From Oculatellaceae cyanobacterium bins.114 (GTDB taxonomy: Bacteria; Cyanobacteriota; Cyanobacteriia; Elainellales; Elainellaceae), in contig JANRJA010000077.1 in assembly GCA_033764315.1 (NCBI GenBank), forward strand, positions 91,256-155,255: 64,000 nt of DNA, read 5' to 3'. The notes below the pieces were generated by a model. That model worked only from the letters and a program-made list of their open reading frames with translations. It searched no databases and was not told the DNA's origin. The translations under genes were made by a program, and so were the position numbers. Of this stretch, positions 1-10,833 are shown piece after piece (position 1 is the stretch's first letter; every line of letters begins with the position of its first letter).

Positions 1-1
1 T

Positions 2-640
2 GGCGATCGCCTCAGAGCTAAATATGCAGAGGTCTTAACCGACGAAGGACAGGATTATTTGCAACGCATGCAAAACGCAGCTAAACGGATGCAAACCTTG
101 ATTAATGACCTACTCACGTTTTCTCGCGTCACCACAAAAGCTCAACCCTTCATGCCAGTTAACTTGACAGCTATTGTACGAGATGTCTTGTGTGATCTAG
201 AGATCCAAATTCAGCGCGTGGGAGCACGACTAGAGTTAGGCGACTTACCTACGATTGACGCAGATCCACTACAAATGCGGCAGTTGTTTCAAAATCTGAT
301 TAGTAATGCCCTCAAGTTTCACGGTCAGGCATCTCCCATCGTGCAGATCAACGCTCAGATCCAACCTATGAATTCTGATCGACCCTTCTCACAAGGCACT
401 CAACATCAATGTGAAATTACAGTTTCAGACAATGGAATTGGTTTTGACGAAAAATATCTCGATCGCATTTTTACCGTGTTTCAACGACTCCATAACCACA
501 GTGAATATGAAGGGACTGGAGTTGGTTTAGCCATTTGCCGTAAGATTGTGGAGCGGCACGGAGGGCAGATTCAAGCCCACAGTGCCCCTGGACAGGGAGC
601 CGCATTTGTGGTGACATTACCCGTACACAACACAAGGTGA
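2..640 (+). CDS. Sensor histidine kinase, C-terminal part (Cph1/bacteriophytochrome-type kinase core); 5' end lies outside the window
   Basis: Frame is open from base 2. HATPase boxes QLFQNLISNALKF, DNGIGF, IFTVFQRLH and GTGVGLAICRKIV are present. An Rcp1-like receiver follows. Confidence 0.9.
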   Translation, partial: GDRLRAKYAEVLTDEGQDYLQRMQNAAKRMQTLINDLLTFSRVTTKAQPFMPVNLTAIVRDVLCDLEIQIQRVGARLELGDLPTIDADPLQMRQLFQNLISNALKFHGQASPIVQINAQIQPMNSDRPFSQGTQHQCEITVSDNGIGFDEKYLDRIFTVFQRLHNHSEYEGTGVGLAICRKIVERHGGQIQAHSAPGQGAAFVVTLPVHNTR

Positions 641-644
641 ATTC

Positions 645-1115
645 GTGGAGAACAAACGCCGTCGCTCTATTGTGATCTTGATGGCAGACGATGATGAAGA
701 CGATCGCATGCTGGCAAGCGAGGCATTGGCAGAGTGCCGTCTGATGAATAATCTCTACTTTGTTACTGACGGTGAAGAGTTGATGGACTATCTGCATCAA
801 CAAGGACGCTATGCTCAACCTGGAAGTGCCCCTCGACCTGGGCTGATTTTGTTGGATTTAAACATGCCCCGCAAAGATGGACGGGAGGCATTGAAAGAAA
901 TCAAAGCATCTCCAGAGTTGCGTCACATTCCAATTGTGGTACTAACGACTTCAAAAACTGAGGAAGATATTTATCGCAGCTACAACTTGGGTGCTAGTTC
1001 ATACATCACCAAACCTGTGACATTTGAGTCACTCGTTGATGTCATGAAAGCGATCGGTCAATATTGGTTTGAGATTGTAGAATTACCCCCAGATGATAGC
1101 AATAATCCAAACTAA
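645..1115 (+). CDS. Single-domain response regulator, Rcp1-like
   Basis: ADDDEDD, LILLDLNMP, VVLTTS and SYITKP receiver motifs; starts 4 nt after the kinase stop. Confidence 0.9.
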   Translation: MENKRRRSIVILMADDDEDDRMLASEALAECRLMNNLYFVTDGEELMDYLHQQGRYAQPGSAPRPGLILLDLNMPRKDGREALKEIKASPELRHIPIVVLTTSKTEEDIYRSYNLGASSYITKPVTFESLVDVMKAIGQYWFEIVELPPDDSNNPN

Positions 1116-1332
1116 AATCGTGTTCTAAAAGTCATGTTTCTGGCTTGAGTATATGCAGCATATACGGGTTTTATAAAGCTATAGCTATAGTCTGTTCAAT
1201 TAGATCCTGCTTACGGATGTCTAACCAGAGAGACGCAATTAATCGCGTCTGTTCTATTGATGGTTTGCCAATGAGGAAGGGGCAAAAGAATGGAAACCCT
1301 TTCACCCCTATTTATCTCTCTATTGTTCTTAA

Positions 1333-1788
1333 TTAAGGCGTAGTTTGAGGAGTGCCACCACAGTAGGTATTCACCTCATTTACCAACGGAGTTTCTTGAT
1401 CGGTCGCGGTTTGCAAAGCAGTATAAGCCGCTTCAGCCCCCTGACTATTGTTTGCATTGACAGCCGTAACCAAGTCACGGGTGGCTTTGCTAGTATCAGC
1501 ATACATGGCAACAAACCGTTGTTTAAAGGTTTGGAGTGACTCATCAGACACTTCTAAAGCCTCCATAGAAGCTTTGGCCTGGTCTGCTGTCTCCGCAATT
1601 TGTGTCATTGCATTTACATCTTGAGGATTGGCACTAGCAGTGATGGCTTGAACATCTGACACTGCTTTATTAGCAACCTCAATCAGCTTATTGCATTGGG
1701 AGACCTTACTTTCACCACAACTTGCTGCTAAGACACTTAAGGCAGCAAGCACCGAGATAACGATCCCACGCTTACGAAAAGAAGGCAT
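1333..1788 (-). CDS. Hypothetical lipoprotein, helical
   Basis: Signal peptide with lipobox LAASC; Ala/Gln-rich helical body. Confidence 0.75.
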   Translation of the reverse strand: MPSFRKRGIVISVLAALSVLAASCGESKVSQCNKLIEVANKAVSDVQAITASANPQDVNAMTQIAETADQAKASMEALEVSDESLQTFKQRFVAMYADTSKATRDLVTAVNANNSQGAEAAYTALQTATDQETPLVNEVNTYCGGTPQTTP

Positions 1789-1833
1789 TCACATTCTCCT
1801 ACAGTGATTACGTTGCTCTGCTGATCAGGGCAA

Positions 1834-2310
1834 TTAGGCATCTGTCGGATTGAGGCGCATCATCTCCCAGGTTGTATAGGTGCCAATCGGACTCCATAGC
1901 AAATAGGGAATCAAGAGTGCAGCCGCCCATCCAGACAGTGGCCAGACTGTTGCAGCAAGCAATAGTGCCAAGATAGCACCCGCACCGCCAATGATTACAC
2001 CAACTTTGAGACTCCGCAATGCAAGCATGACCGTATTGTAGGAAAGCGTTACAACTTCTAACAGGATGTAAAGCCCCATAAAAACCCATGTTTTAGGTGT
2101 ACCTGGGGCTTGTTCCCAGGTGAGATAAGCCGACCATCCGGTGCAAATAAAAACGACCGTCCAAATAACGGGAATGGCTTTCTCAAAGGTTAACCAGCGA
2201 GGTCGCCGTAAGCGGCTAAACCATTTGATCCCTTTTGGTTCTAAGAAAACGTTACTAAGAATCGCCAGTGCGATCGCCACTCCTCCAATGACCATCCAAG
2301 ATTTGATCAT
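1834..2310 (-). CDS. tspO: TspO/MBR tryptophan-rich sensory protein
   Basis: WFSRLRRPRW, PVIWT and LLIPYLLW motifs; about five hydrophobic segments. Confidence 0.88.
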   Translation of the reverse strand: MIKSWMVIGGVAIALAILSNVFLEPKGIKWFSRLRRPRWLTFEKAIPVIWTVVFICTGWSAYLTWEQAPGTPKTWVFMGLYILLEVVTLSYNTVMLALRSLKVGVIIGGAGAILALLLAATVWPLSGWAAALLIPYLLWSPIGTYTTWEMMRLNPTDA

Positions 2311-2449
2311 GATTTTTCCTCAACTGCCAGGTGATGTGTGATTCCACCCGCAGTGAAGACGGAACCAAAATAATCCTTGCAGATTGCACATGAGTTTGAA
2401 TCAATCTCTAGAATGGAAGCGATTCATTACGTTTCTTTTTAACTCCTGA

Positions 2450-3712
2450 CTAGCCAAAAATATTGCCGAAAAAGTCGATCGCTTCTTTGAGGCTAGCGAT
2501 AAAAGTGTCGATCTCATCGCGGGTGTTGTAGAAATACAAGCTGGCTCTGGCGGTGGATTGTGCTCCAAGATGACGGTGCAGAGGTTGGGTGCAATGGTGT
2601 CCTGCCCGAATAGCAATTCCGGCCTGATCCAGAATGGTGGAGAGGTCGTGAGGATGGACTGCCCCAGCGGTGAAGGAGGCAAGTGCTGCCCGTCCTTCGC
2701 CATTTGCATCGGGTCTGGGACCCAACAAACGCAATTCAGAAATCAGTTGTAGTTGTTGCCACAGATAGGCTGTTAACTCCGCCTCATAAGCGTGGATGGC
2801 GTCCATGCCAATATCACTGAGATAGCCAACCGCCGCACCCAGGGCGATCGCCTCAGCAATAGCGGGAGTGCCTGCCTCAAACTTGTGAGGCAGGTCAGCA
2901 TAGGTAGCGTGGTCGAGAAAAACATCGGCAATCATCTCACCACCGCCCAAAAACGGAGGCATCGATCGCAGCACATCCAGCTTGCCATAGAGAAAGCCAA
3001 TACCCGTCGGAGCACACATCTTGTGACCCGATGCGACTAGCCAATCACAGGCGATCGCCTGCACATCGATTGGCATGTGAGGCACACTCTGACAAGCATC
3101 AATCAAGACTTTGGCTCCATAGTGATGGGCCAACGCAGTGATCTCTTGCACCGGATTGATGCAGCCTAAGGTATTTGATACGTGAACCACCGACACTAAT
3201 TTAGTTTTGTCTGACAGCAGAGATTTGAAGTGGTCTAGATCAAATTCTTGAGTCTCCGTTAACTCAACGAACTTCAACACCGCCCCTGTTCGCTGTGCCA
3301 GCATTTGCCAGGGAATCAAGTTGCTGTGGTGCTCCATCACCGACAAAATGATTTCATCCCCAACTTGCAAATTGCTCGTTCCCCAGGTATATGCAACTAA
3401 GTTGATTGCCTCAGAGGCATTGCGGGTGTAGACAATCTCATTGCGCGAGGCAGCGTTGACAAAGGCGGCCACCTTATCGCGTGCCCCTTCATAGGCATCG
3501 GTTGCTCGTGAACTCAGCGTGTGAACACCCCGATGCACATTGGCATTGTCATGCTCGTAGTAATATTGCAACGCCTCAATCACAGCTTTGGGTTTTTGAG
3601 AAGATGCGGCGTTGTCAAAATAGATCAACGGTTTGCCATGAATTTGCTGATCCAAGATAGGAAAGTCAGCACGGAGTTTGGCAGCGAGGGTTCTTTCTTG
3701 AGCAAGAGTCAT
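2450..3712 (-). CDS. sufS: Cysteine desulfurase SufS
   Basis: [16 protein letters not shown] (PLP Lys) and RAGHHCTQP (catalytic Cys). Confidence 0.97.
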   Translation of the reverse strand: MTLAQERTLAAKLRADFPILDQQIHGKPLIYFDNAASSQKPKAVIEALQYYYEHDNANVHRGVHTLSSRATDAYEGARDKVAAFVNAASRNEIVYTRNASEAINLVAYTWGTSNLQVGDEIILSVMEHHSNLIPWQMLAQRTGAVLKFVELTETQEFDLDHFKSLLSDKTKLVSVVHVSNTLGCINPVQEITALAHHYGAKVLIDACQSVPHMPIDVQAIACDWLVASGHKMCAPTGIGFLYGKLDVLRSMPPFLGGGEMIADVFLDHATYADLPHKFEAGTPAIAEAIALGAAVGYLSDIGMDAIHAYEAELTAYLWQQLQLISELRLLGPRPDANGEGRAALASFTAGAVHPHDLSTILDQAGIAIRAGHHCTQPLHRHLGAQSTARASLYFYNTRDEIDTFIASLKEAIDFFGNIFG

Positions 3713-3768
3713 AGGAGCAAGGAGTTAAATGGGACGAGGGGCGATCGACAAAGGAGTAACAAAAACCT

Positions 3769-5130
3769 TTAGGGGTAAAGGAGTTGAGCCAATGTTTGTC
3801 GCAGAGAACTCAACGGCAACTGTTCTAAAATCTCGTAGGCGAATGCATAAATAAGTAGGCTACGGGCAGTATTGGCATCAATGCCCCGACTTTGTAGATA
3901 AAAGATCTCATCTGCCTCTAGTTGCCCAACCGTTGCCCCGTGGGTGCATTTCACGTTATCCGCAACAATCTCAAGTTGGGGTTTAGTGTCTACCCGTGCT
4001 TTAGAAGAGAGCAACAGGTTGCGATTGAGCTGTCCAGCATCGGTTAGTTGCGCTGCCTTGGGTACAAACACCTTACCGTTGAAAACCGCGTGTGCCCGGT
4101 CATCGATGATACATTTGTGCAATTGGCGAGTGGTGCCATAGGGCTTACTCAGGGCGATCGCACTATGGGTATCTGCCACCTGTTCCCCCCGAATCATCGT
4201 CAACCCATTGAGCGTCGTGTAGGTTTGCTCTCCAGTTTGATAAATCTCAAGATTGTGGCGTGAAATTTTGCCCCCTAAACTCACCGCATTGCAGGTATAG
4301 CGAGAGTCACGCGCCTGAGAAACGGTAGTTTTACCAATGTGAAAGGCAGCTTGATCATCTCTCTGAACTCTAGTGTGGTTCACTTCAGCGTTTTCAGCGA
4401 GGCAGATTTCCGTAACGCTATTCGTGAAGTAAACCCCTTCACCTAGACCCACATAATCCTCAATGACGGTAACTTGACTGTTTGCCTCTGCCACAATCAA
4501 GCAGCGAGGATAGGATACCGTTGCAGCATCCTGACGAGTGGATATAAAGAGCAGGTGAATGGGTTTCTCAATACTCTGGTTTTTGGATACCCAAATCACT
4601 GCACCGTCTTGAAAGCTTGCCGTATTCAAGGCAGTGAAGACTTCCTCTACTCCAGGTTGCTTGCCAAAATAGGTTTGTACCGGATATGTGCTGTTAAAAC
4701 TGAGCAAACTACCCGTAGACAGACCGATTTGGGAGACTTGAGTCGATAAATCAGGGGCAAAAATGCCGTCAATGAAAACTAAGCGATCGCCCGTTTCTGG
4801 CAATGCAAAGGCATCAATATCCGATAGTTGCAGTGAAGTATGAGCGGCTAACTGAAACGGGGTCTGCACCAGGGATGACAGATCGGTAAACCGCCACTCT
4901 TCATCACGAGTCGTGGGAATTGCCAACTCTTTGACTCTAGCCGCCGCACTGTCTTGCAACGATTGCAGCCAAGTTTGGCGTTCGGGTGACATCGTAGGGC
5001 TAGCGATCGCCGGACGGAGATCTAAAAGGGATTGGAGATAAGCGGCGCGATGCGAAGCTGTTCCTCCTTCAGAGGAATCACCTGCTCGGTTAATGGTTGA
5101 AGCTCGATTAGAGGAGGCTTGAATCGTCAT
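3769..5130 (-). CDS. sufD: Fe-S assembly protein SufD
   Basis: [27 protein letters not shown] and FYLQSRGI; lies in the suf operon. Confidence 0.96.
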   Translation of the reverse strand: MTIQASSNRASTINRAGDSSEGGTASHRAAYLQSLLDLRPAIASPTMSPERQTWLQSLQDSAAARVKELAIPTTRDEEWRFTDLSSLVQTPFQLAAHTSLQLSDIDAFALPETGDRLVFIDGIFAPDLSTQVSQIGLSTGSLLSFNSTYPVQTYFGKQPGVEEVFTALNTASFQDGAVIWVSKNQSIEKPIHLLFISTRQDAATVSYPRCLIVAEANSQVTVIEDYVGLGEGVYFTNSVTEICLAENAEVNHTRVQRDDQAAFHIGKTTVSQARDSRYTCNAVSLGGKISRHNLEIYQTGEQTYTTLNGLTMIRGEQVADTHSAIALSKPYGTTRQLHKCIIDDRAHAVFNGKVFVPKAAQLTDAGQLNRNLLLSSKARVDTKPQLEIVADNVKCTHGATVGQLEADEIFYLQSRGIDANTARSLLIYAFAYEILEQLPLSSLRQTLAQLLYP

Positions 5131-5915
5131 GATAGTGCTGCCTCTGCTTCTTCTTCGCGCACCCAGTCATAGCCTCGTTCTTCGAGTTCCATCGCTAACT
5201 CTTTGCCACCTGTCGTCAAAATGCGTCCACCTTCCATCACATGCACGTAATCGGGCACGATGTAGTCGAGCAGGCGTTGATAGTGGGTGATTAATAAAAT
5301 CGAATTGTCAGGGGTAGACAGTTGATTGACCCCAGAAGCGACAATCTTGAGCGCGTCAATATCTAAGCCAGAATCAGTTTCATCTAAAATCGCCAGAGTA
5401 GGTTCTAGCAAAGCCATCTGAAGAATTTCGTTGCGCTTCTTTTCACCCCCCGAAAAGCCCTCGTTCACACTGCGGTTTAAAAAGCTGGGGTTCATCTTGA
5501 CGACATCGAGCTTTTGCCGCACCAGATCATCAAAATCAAATGCATCTAGCTCTTCTAATCCCTGGTGTTTGCGTTTTGAGTTGTAGGCAACGCGCAAAAA
5601 GTCGAGGTTACTGACCCCGGGAATTTCTAGCGGATATTGGAAGGCCAGAAAAACGCCCGATCGTGCCCGGTCTTGGGGTTCCAGTTCCAGGAGATTTTGT
5701 CCTAGATAAACCACGTCGCCCCCAGTCACCGTGTAGTCGGGGTGCCCTGCCAACACTTTCGAGAAAGTACTTTTGCCAGACCCGTTAGGTCCCATAATGG
5801 CGTGAATCTCACCAGCTTTAATTTCCAGGCTCAACCCTTTCAAAATTGGTGTGCCATCAACCTCAGCCGTTAAATTTTGCACCGATAAAACGGTTTTGCT
5901 AGTCTCACTAATCAT
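5127..5915 (-). CDS. sufC: Fe-S assembly ATPase SufC
   Basis: [19 protein letters not shown] and [12 protein letters not shown] at 5915 preferred over the upstream TTG. Confidence 0.97.
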   Translation of the reverse strand: MISETSKTVLSVQNLTAEVDGTPILKGLSLEIKAGEIHAIMGPNGSGKSTFSKVLAGHPDYTVTGGDVVYLGQNLLELEPQDRARSGVFLAFQYPLEIPGVSNLDFLRVAYNSKRKHQGLEELDAFDFDDLVRQKLDVVKMNPSFLNRSVNEGFSGGEKKRNEILQMALLEPTLAILDETDSGLDIDALKIVASGVNQLSTPDNSILLITHYQRLLDYIVPDYVHVMEGGRILTTGGKELAMELEERGYDWVREEEAEAALS

Positions 5916-5962
5916 CTTCAATCTTTACTGAGTGGTGAACACATCCTGGGCGATCGCTCTAG

Positions 5963-7399
5963 TTAACCCACACTATTTTCAAGTTTCAAGGCTAAGAGGC
6001 GATCGGCCTCAACCGCAAACTCCATCGGCAGTTGGTTAAATACATCTTTGCAAAAACCGCTGATAATCATTGACACAGCGTCTTCAGCAGAGATGCCCCG
6101 CTGTTGAAAAAAGAACAACTGGTCTTCCCCAATTTTGGAGGTAGACGCTTCGTGCTCTACTTTGGCACTGTTATTTTGCACTTGGATGTAAGGAAAAGTA
6201 TTTGCTCCAGCATTGTCACCAATCAGCATCGAGTCACACTGCGAGTAGTTGCGTGCTCCTTCTGCCTTGGGACTAATCTTAACCAGGCCGCGATAGCTAT
6301 TTTTGGAATTGCCCGCCGAGATTCCCTTAGAAACAATTGTGCTGCGAGTGTTTTTGCCAATGTGCACCATCTTGGTGCCTGTATCTGCCTGCTGCTTATT
6401 GTTAGTCAGGGCAACCGAGTAAAACTCGCCCACTGAGTTGTCGCCCACCAGCACACAGCTAGGATATTTCCAAGTGATGGCCGAGCCTGTCTCAACCTGA
6501 GTCCATGAAATCTTAGAATTGGCTCCCTGACACAGCCCCCGCTTGGTGACAAAGTTGTAGATGCCACCCTTGCCATTTTCATCTCCGGCATACCAGTTTT
6601 GCACCGTGGAATACTTAATTTCGGCATTATCAAGTGCCACCAATTCCACGACCGCAGCATGCAGTTGGTTCGTGTCAAACATGGGCGCAGTACACCCCTC
6701 TAAGTAAGTGACCGAACTCCCTGCCTCTGCCACAATCAGCGTCCGCTCAAACTGACCCGAATCTCCATTGTTGATGCGGAAATAGGTGGATAAATCCATT
6801 GGGCAGCGAGTGTTTTTGGGCACGTAGACAAATGAGCCGTCACTAAACACCGCCGAATTGAGAGCGGCATAGTAGTTGTCGGCGATCGGCACTACACTGC
6901 CCAAATATTTTTCGATCAGGTCAGGATATTTCTGCAATGCCTCAGAGATCGAGCAAAAGATAACCCCTTGTTCTGCTAGCTTTTCCTTGAAGGTTGTAGC
7001 GACCGAAACGCTATCAAAGATCGCATCCACGGCTACATTCGAGAGACGTTTTTGCTCAGATAGAGGAATCCCTAGCTTTTCAAAGGTTTCTAACAGCGTA
7101 GGATCGACTTCCTCTAAACTATTGAGCTTTTCTTGTTGCTTGGGGGCAGAGTAGTAAACGATGTTTTGGTAGTCAATTTGAGGATAGGTCACTTCCTGCC
7201 AACCCGGTTCAGTCATGGTAAGCCAATGGCGATAGGCTCGCAGACGAAATTGCAGCATAAACTCTGGCTCATTCTTCTTAGCCGAGATCAAGCGAATAAC
7301 GTCTTCACTGAGTCCACGGGGAATGGTTTCTGACTCAATGTCGGTCACGAAACCGTATTTGTAAGGCTGATTAACTAAGGATTTGACGGATGCTGTCAT
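5963..7399 (-). CDS. sufB: Fe-S assembly scaffold SufB
   Basis: [18 protein letters not shown] and [18 protein letters not shown] at 7399 (MTASVKSL) is the likely start. Confidence 0.97.
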   Translation of the reverse strand: MTASVKSLVNQPYKYGFVTDIESETIPRGLSEDVIRLISAKKNEPEFMLQFRLRAYRHWLTMTEPGWQEVTYPQIDYQNIVYYSAPKQQEKLNSLEEVDPTLLETFEKLGIPLSEQKRLSNVAVDAIFDSVSVATTFKEKLAEQGVIFCSISEALQKYPDLIEKYLGSVVPIADNYYAALNSAVFSDGSFVYVPKNTRCPMDLSTYFRINNGDSGQFERTLIVAEAGSSVTYLEGCTAPMFDTNQLHAAVVELVALDNAEIKYSTVQNWYAGDENGKGGIYNFVTKRGLCQGANSKISWTQVETGSAITWKYPSCVLVGDNSVGEFYSVALTNNKQQADTGTKMVHIGKNTRSTIVSKGISAGNSKNSYRGLVKISPKAEGARNYSQCDSMLIGDNAGANTFPYIQVQNNSAKVEHEASTSKIGEDQLFFFQQRGISAEDAVSMIISGFCKDVFNQLPMEFAVEADRLLALKLENSVG

Positions 7400-7520
7400 C
7401 GGACGTGCTTCTCTCAAAATCAAAGGAGTGAATGGTGGGGACTCAACAACCAACTCTATGGCTCAACTCTTCTGCCCTGTGCTTAAACCCAATTCCAGCA
7501 GTTCTAAAGGAGGTTTTGTT

Positions 7521-7544
7521 TCAAGCACTCAATTGAGTGCTTGA
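7521..7544. terminator. Perfect 24-bp palindrome just after the ftrC stop; possible terminator or mRNA-stabilising hairpin
   Basis: TCAAGCACTCAATTGAGTGCTTGA is its own reverse complement; no clear U-tract. Confidence 0.45.
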
Positions 7545-7551
7545 GCAAGGC

Positions 7552-7914
7552 TTAACACTGACTTGTAGTGGAACGAATTTCCTCAAAGGAAATATCTTGC
7601 TTATCGCCCGCAAAGTCGTTGTCAGGGGTGAGAAACAACATGCAGTGGCACTCTTTGCGTTCACGCATGGGCACACAAGGGCAATTCCAAAATGCTGCTG
7701 CTGCCTCTGCCTCTTTATCTTCATAATGACGGCAAGGACAAAGGGGTGCGCCCAATTCATCTTTATGCTTTGCGAGTCCTTCAATGACGACAGCGGTAAC
7801 ACCCAGATCGACACAGAAGTAAGTCCCTGTCCGTTTGGCATATTGCTCGGAGAAGTGCCTCATGTTTTCGAGGCTTTTATCGGAGGCTTGAGTCGTGTTT
7901 GCAGATGTATTCAT
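7552..7914 (-). CDS. ftrC: Ferredoxin-thioredoxin reductase catalytic subunit
   Basis: PLCPCRHY, WNCPCVPMRE and ECHCMLF (CPC/CPC/CHC motifs). Confidence 0.96.
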   Translation of the reverse strand: MNTSANTTQASDKSLENMRHFSEQYAKRTGTYFCVDLGVTAVVIEGLAKHKDELGAPLCPCRHYEDKEAEAAAAFWNCPCVPMRERKECHCMLFLTPDNDFAGDKQDISFEEIRSTTSQC

Positions 7915-7956
7915 GGTCTAAGCGACAGAGCAGGCGGTAAACTTCTATAATTAAAA

Positions 7957-8010
7957 CAACTTGTTTGTTGCTTATCTCAATTGTAAGATACTTTAGCAAC
8001 ACAAAAGTTG
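7957..8010. promoter_or_regulatory. Two SufR operators CAAC-N6-GTTG, 26 bp apart
   Basis: CAACttgtttGTTG at 7957-7970 and CAACacaaaaGTTG at 7997-8010, between the divergent ftrC-suf operon and sufR. Matches the known cyanobacterial SufR site arrangement. Confidence 0.9.
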
Positions 8011-8138
8011 TCAAAGTTAATCTTAAATTCTTTTGGGTCTCTTTTTTGCACACAAGTGCTGACATTTCTTAAAAACCTTGATTTAGGAAGACGCTCTGGA
8101 AAGCCCATCTGGAAAGTAGCCCACCTGGAAAACAGCCA

Positions 8139-8795
8139 ATGACAGCCACGCAGCAACCTTCCACTAAGCAAGATATCTTGCGTTTATTACTCAAACAGGG
8201 ACAAGCCAGTGCTCAAGAGTTGGCTGAGCAGTTAAGCATTAGCCCTCAAGCCACCCGTCGCCACTTAAAAGATTTAGAAGAAGATGGGTTAATTGAGCAT
8301 CAATTGATTCAAGCTGGGATGGGACGCCCCAATTTTGTCTATCAGTTGAGTCGGGAAGGGCGCGATCGCCTTCCCGGTCGATATGACGATTTTGCCCTCT
8401 CTCTGTTAAATACCCTAGCGGAAACGGTCGGGAAAGATCAGGTGGGAACGATTTTGCGAAAGCAATGGGAGCAAAAAGCCCTGGAATATCAACGGCAGGT
8501 CGGCACAGGAGCCTTGCAAGAGCGGGTGGCAAAGTTGGCCGAGTTGCGCAAAGCGGAGGGCTATATGGCAGAGTGGCACTTTGTTGATCCAGACCCTACC
8601 AAAGATTTAAGTCAGCCCAAGTTTATTATCACAGAATATAACTGTGCGATTTCCCATATTGCTGAGTCGTTTCCCAGCGTGTGTGGGCATGAATTAGAAA
8701 TGTTTGAGGTGGCACTGCAAGATTGCCGGGTCGAGCGGACTCATTGGTTGGTCAATGGAGAGCACCGTTGCGGCTATCTAATTCAACCTAAATAA
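8139..8795 (+). CDS. sufR: Fe-S cluster-sensing repressor SufR
   Basis: N-terminal HTH (ISPQATRRHL), GRP, and C-terminal Cys residues (EYNCAI, SVCGHE, HRCGY); divergent from suf. Confidence 0.96.
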   Translation: MTATQQPSTKQDILRLLLKQGQASAQELAEQLSISPQATRRHLKDLEEDGLIEHQLIQAGMGRPNFVYQLSREGRDRLPGRYDDFALSLLNTLAETVGKDQVGTILRKQWEQKALEYQRQVGTGALQERVAKLAELRKAEGYMAEWHFVDPDPTKDLSQPKFIITEYNCAISHIAESFPSVCGHELEMFEVALQDCRVERTHWLVNGEHRCGYLIQPK

Positions 8796-8810
8796 AGCAA
8801 GAGCATAGCG

Positions 8811-9227
8811 ATGACGAATCCTAGTCAACCCCTTGACCAATTTTTAACGGTCGAAGAATCGGCTGAAGTCGATCAAGCCATGATGACAGCCCGCGATCGC
8901 TTTTCTGCCCGCGTGGCCATCTATTCACTGCGCCTGTTAAAGCAAATTGCTGAAGCCCAAACCAGTGCGATCGCAGATCTAAAGCCTCAACAAATCGCCA
9001 CCTGGATGGAACAAGATCAATCCCTGGAACCAGCAAACGGCACAGATGGAAACTTTAAGAACTTTTTTGTGCAGCTTGTGCTGTCTTCGCTAAAACCATT
9101 GCAGCAAATTGCCTTAGAAGCAGACGTGGCGATCGAAGCATTAACCGTCTCTCAAGTCGTCCGCTGGTTTGAAAAAGAGGCTAAAATCCGCATTGAGCAA
9201 GGCAATGGAGCAACTTTTTTAGGTTAA
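8811..9227 (+). CDS. Hypothetical protein
   Basis: 138-aa ORF starting 15 nt after sufR, with protein-like composition. Confidence 0.75.
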   Translation: MTNPSQPLDQFLTVEESAEVDQAMMTARDRFSARVAIYSLRLLKQIAEAQTSAIADLKPQQIATWMEQDQSLEPANGTDGNFKNFFVQLVLSSLKPLQQIALEADVAIEALTVSQVVRWFEKEAKIRIEQGNGATFLG

Positions 9228-9339
9228 TGTTTAGACTCGTCTTAGGTATTCAACATATCCGTATAAAAGCAACAACTCAGGGTAATCTATAGAACAGTAA
9301 GATGCTGTAACAGCAGATTTGAGCGAGGTAAAACAGGCA

Positions 9340-9867
9340 ATGAGCGGAACTCCTGAATTTGCTCATGCAGTTAGCAACATGGTTTTGATGGGTCCAGAGT
9401 TGCAACCTTGGGATTCTGGTCCTGCGGTCGCTGAGTTGCAGGAGTTGTTACAGGCTCATGGGTTTCAACTGCGTATTGATGGTGATTTTGGCAGTGTCAC
9501 CGAAGCTGCTGTCAAAGCGTTTCAACGGTTACATCATCTCAGAAGCGATGGAATTGTGGGAGCTAAGACCTGGATTGTCTTAAAGTCATCGGTGCAAATG
9601 GGCTGTCGCACTTTGAAATATGGCCACACCGGCATTGACGTTTATGAATTGCAAGGGTTGCTGCAAGTGCAGGGTCAATATATTGCCCGCAATGGCATTT
9701 TTGATATTGAAACTCAGCAAGCCGTCATCGCCTTTCAGAAAAAACATCACCACATCGAAAGTGGCGTTGTGGATGCTATCACCTGGACGGCTCTACGTGG
9801 AGGAAAACCCCTCTGCTTACCCCCCAAACAAACAGGGTGGTTTTATGACAACCGCAGATGGTGGTAA
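9340..9867 (+). CDS. Peptidoglycan-binding domain protein (two PG_binding_1-type repeats)
   Basis: DGDFGSVTEAAVKAFQ...DGIVGAKTW and NGIFDIETQQAVIAFQ...GVVDAITW. Start uncertain (TTG 9319 or ATG 9340). Confidence 0.85.
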   Translation: MSGTPEFAHAVSNMVLMGPELQPWDSGPAVAELQELLQAHGFQLRIDGDFGSVTEAAVKAFQRLHHLRSDGIVGAKTWIVLKSSVQMGCRTLKYGHTGIDVYELQGLLQVQGQYIARNGIFDIETQQAVIAFQKKHHHIESGVVDAITWTALRGGKPLCLPPKQTGWFYDNRRWW

Positions 9868-9889
9868 CTTGAGCCATCCTGAAAAGCTA

Positions 9890-9971
9890 TGCGGATGAAA
9901 GGACTTGAACCTTCACTTCGTGAGAAACTAGAACCTAAATCTAGCGCGTCTACCAATTCCGCCACATCCGC
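9890..9971 (-). tRNA. trnL: tRNA-Leu(TAG)
   Basis: Reverse complement reads GCGGATGTGGCGGAATTGGTAGACGCGCTAGATTTAGGTTCTAG...GGTTCAAGTCCTTTCATCCGCA; anticodon TAG; long variable arm. Confidence 0.96.
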
Positions 9972-9989
9972 TTCATTTAAGCTGATCCA

Positions 9990-10370
9990 TCATAGCAATT
10001 TCTTTAGCGATTCTTGCAATTCTGCGATCACAAGTTTTAAATCCGTCACGTCTGCGCTCAAGCGGTCGAGGCGATCGACAATATGAGCCGAATCGAGATA
10101 ATGACCCTTTTGGGAAAACGGCTGCGCATCAACCTTTTGATCAGGAAGACGATTGACCTGCCAAAACGAGACATTTAACGCCGAGAGAATTTTTTGTACC
10201 GTTGAGAGGGTGGGGTCATAAGCGGGATCATTGAGAATGCGACTAATTTGCTGAGTGTATCCATACACACTGCCACCATATTGTTCGGCAATTCGAGCAG
10301 ACACCTTGCGAACGCTGAGGTGTTGAGTGTCCATTAGCTCTCGAATCACCGGTGCGATGTTTCCTTGCAT
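9990..10370 (-). CDS. XRE/Cro-like helix-turn-helix protein with a C-terminal coiled coil
   Basis: LSVRKVSARIA...YTQQISRILN..YDPTLSTVQKILSAL resembles an XRE HTH; leucine heptads at the C-terminus. Confidence 0.7.
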   Translation of the reverse strand: MQGNIAPVIRELMDTQHLSVRKVSARIAEQYGGSVYGYTQQISRILNDPAYDPTLSTVQKILSALNVSFWQVNRLPDQKVDAQPFSQKGHYLDSAHIVDRLDRLSADVTDLKLVIAELQESLKKLL

Positions 10371-10465
10371 TGGGTTTTGTCGAGAATGGGGTACAGGAGT
10401 AGCGACCCAGGCAGAGCGATCGCCTCAGGATATTGACTTAGTTTCATCAAAGGCTCCTGCAATCA

Positions 10466-10744
10466 TCAAGCAACCATTTCCCGTTGCTTCTCGCGGGATG
10501 GGGTGTGCGTTGGCACCTCAGCTTTGCTTAAAGGGACAGGTTTTGTTGAGGGAATAGGGGCTGCTTCAAGGACTTTGATTTGAATCTCAACCGAGACCAA
10601 ATAGGCACCCGATTGTCCACCTACGGCTTCGGCAACTAGTTGAGCCAGTTCAGGACGCTCAGCGGTAATCGGGTCACGAAGGGTGCAGCGATCCCAATCG
10701 TATTCAGCAGATGGATTGACATTTAAGACGTAGTGCTTAGTCAT
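10466..10744 (-). CDS. Hypothetical protein, 92 aa
   Basis: ATG start, protein-like composition, co-oriented with the HTH gene, motif-rich upstream region. Confidence 0.7.
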   Translation of the reverse strand: MTKHYVLNVNPSAEYDWDRCTLRDPITAERPELAQLVAEAVGGQSGAYLVSVEIQIKVLEAAPIPSTKPVPLSKAEVPTHTPSREKQREMVA

Positions 10745-10755
10745 GAGCGTAAAGG

Positions 10756-10769
10756 CGTACTAATGTACT
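10756..10769 (-). promoter_or_regulatory. Cyanobacterial LexA-type box within a (GTACTAAT)x3 array
   Basis: Minus strand AGTACATTAGTACG fits RGTAC-NNN-DGTWCB; about 12 nt upstream of the 92-aa gene start. Confidence 0.55.
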
Positions 10770-10779
10770 AATGTACTAA

Positions 10780-10801
10780 TTGTAGTGCAAAAACACAACA
10801 A
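10780..10801. promoter_or_regulatory. 22-bp imperfect palindrome TTGTAGTG-caaaaa-CACAACAA (site A)
   Basis: Its reverse complement is 21/22 identical to site B at 11255-11276. Confidence 0.65.
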
Positions 10802-10833
10802 TGACAAAGATCGATGGAGGTGTAAAAACCGTC

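Noticed and set aside
9889-10086. 65-aa ORF MRMKGLEPS...
   Set aside because: It is the antisense reading of tRNA-Leu and the end of the HTH gene.
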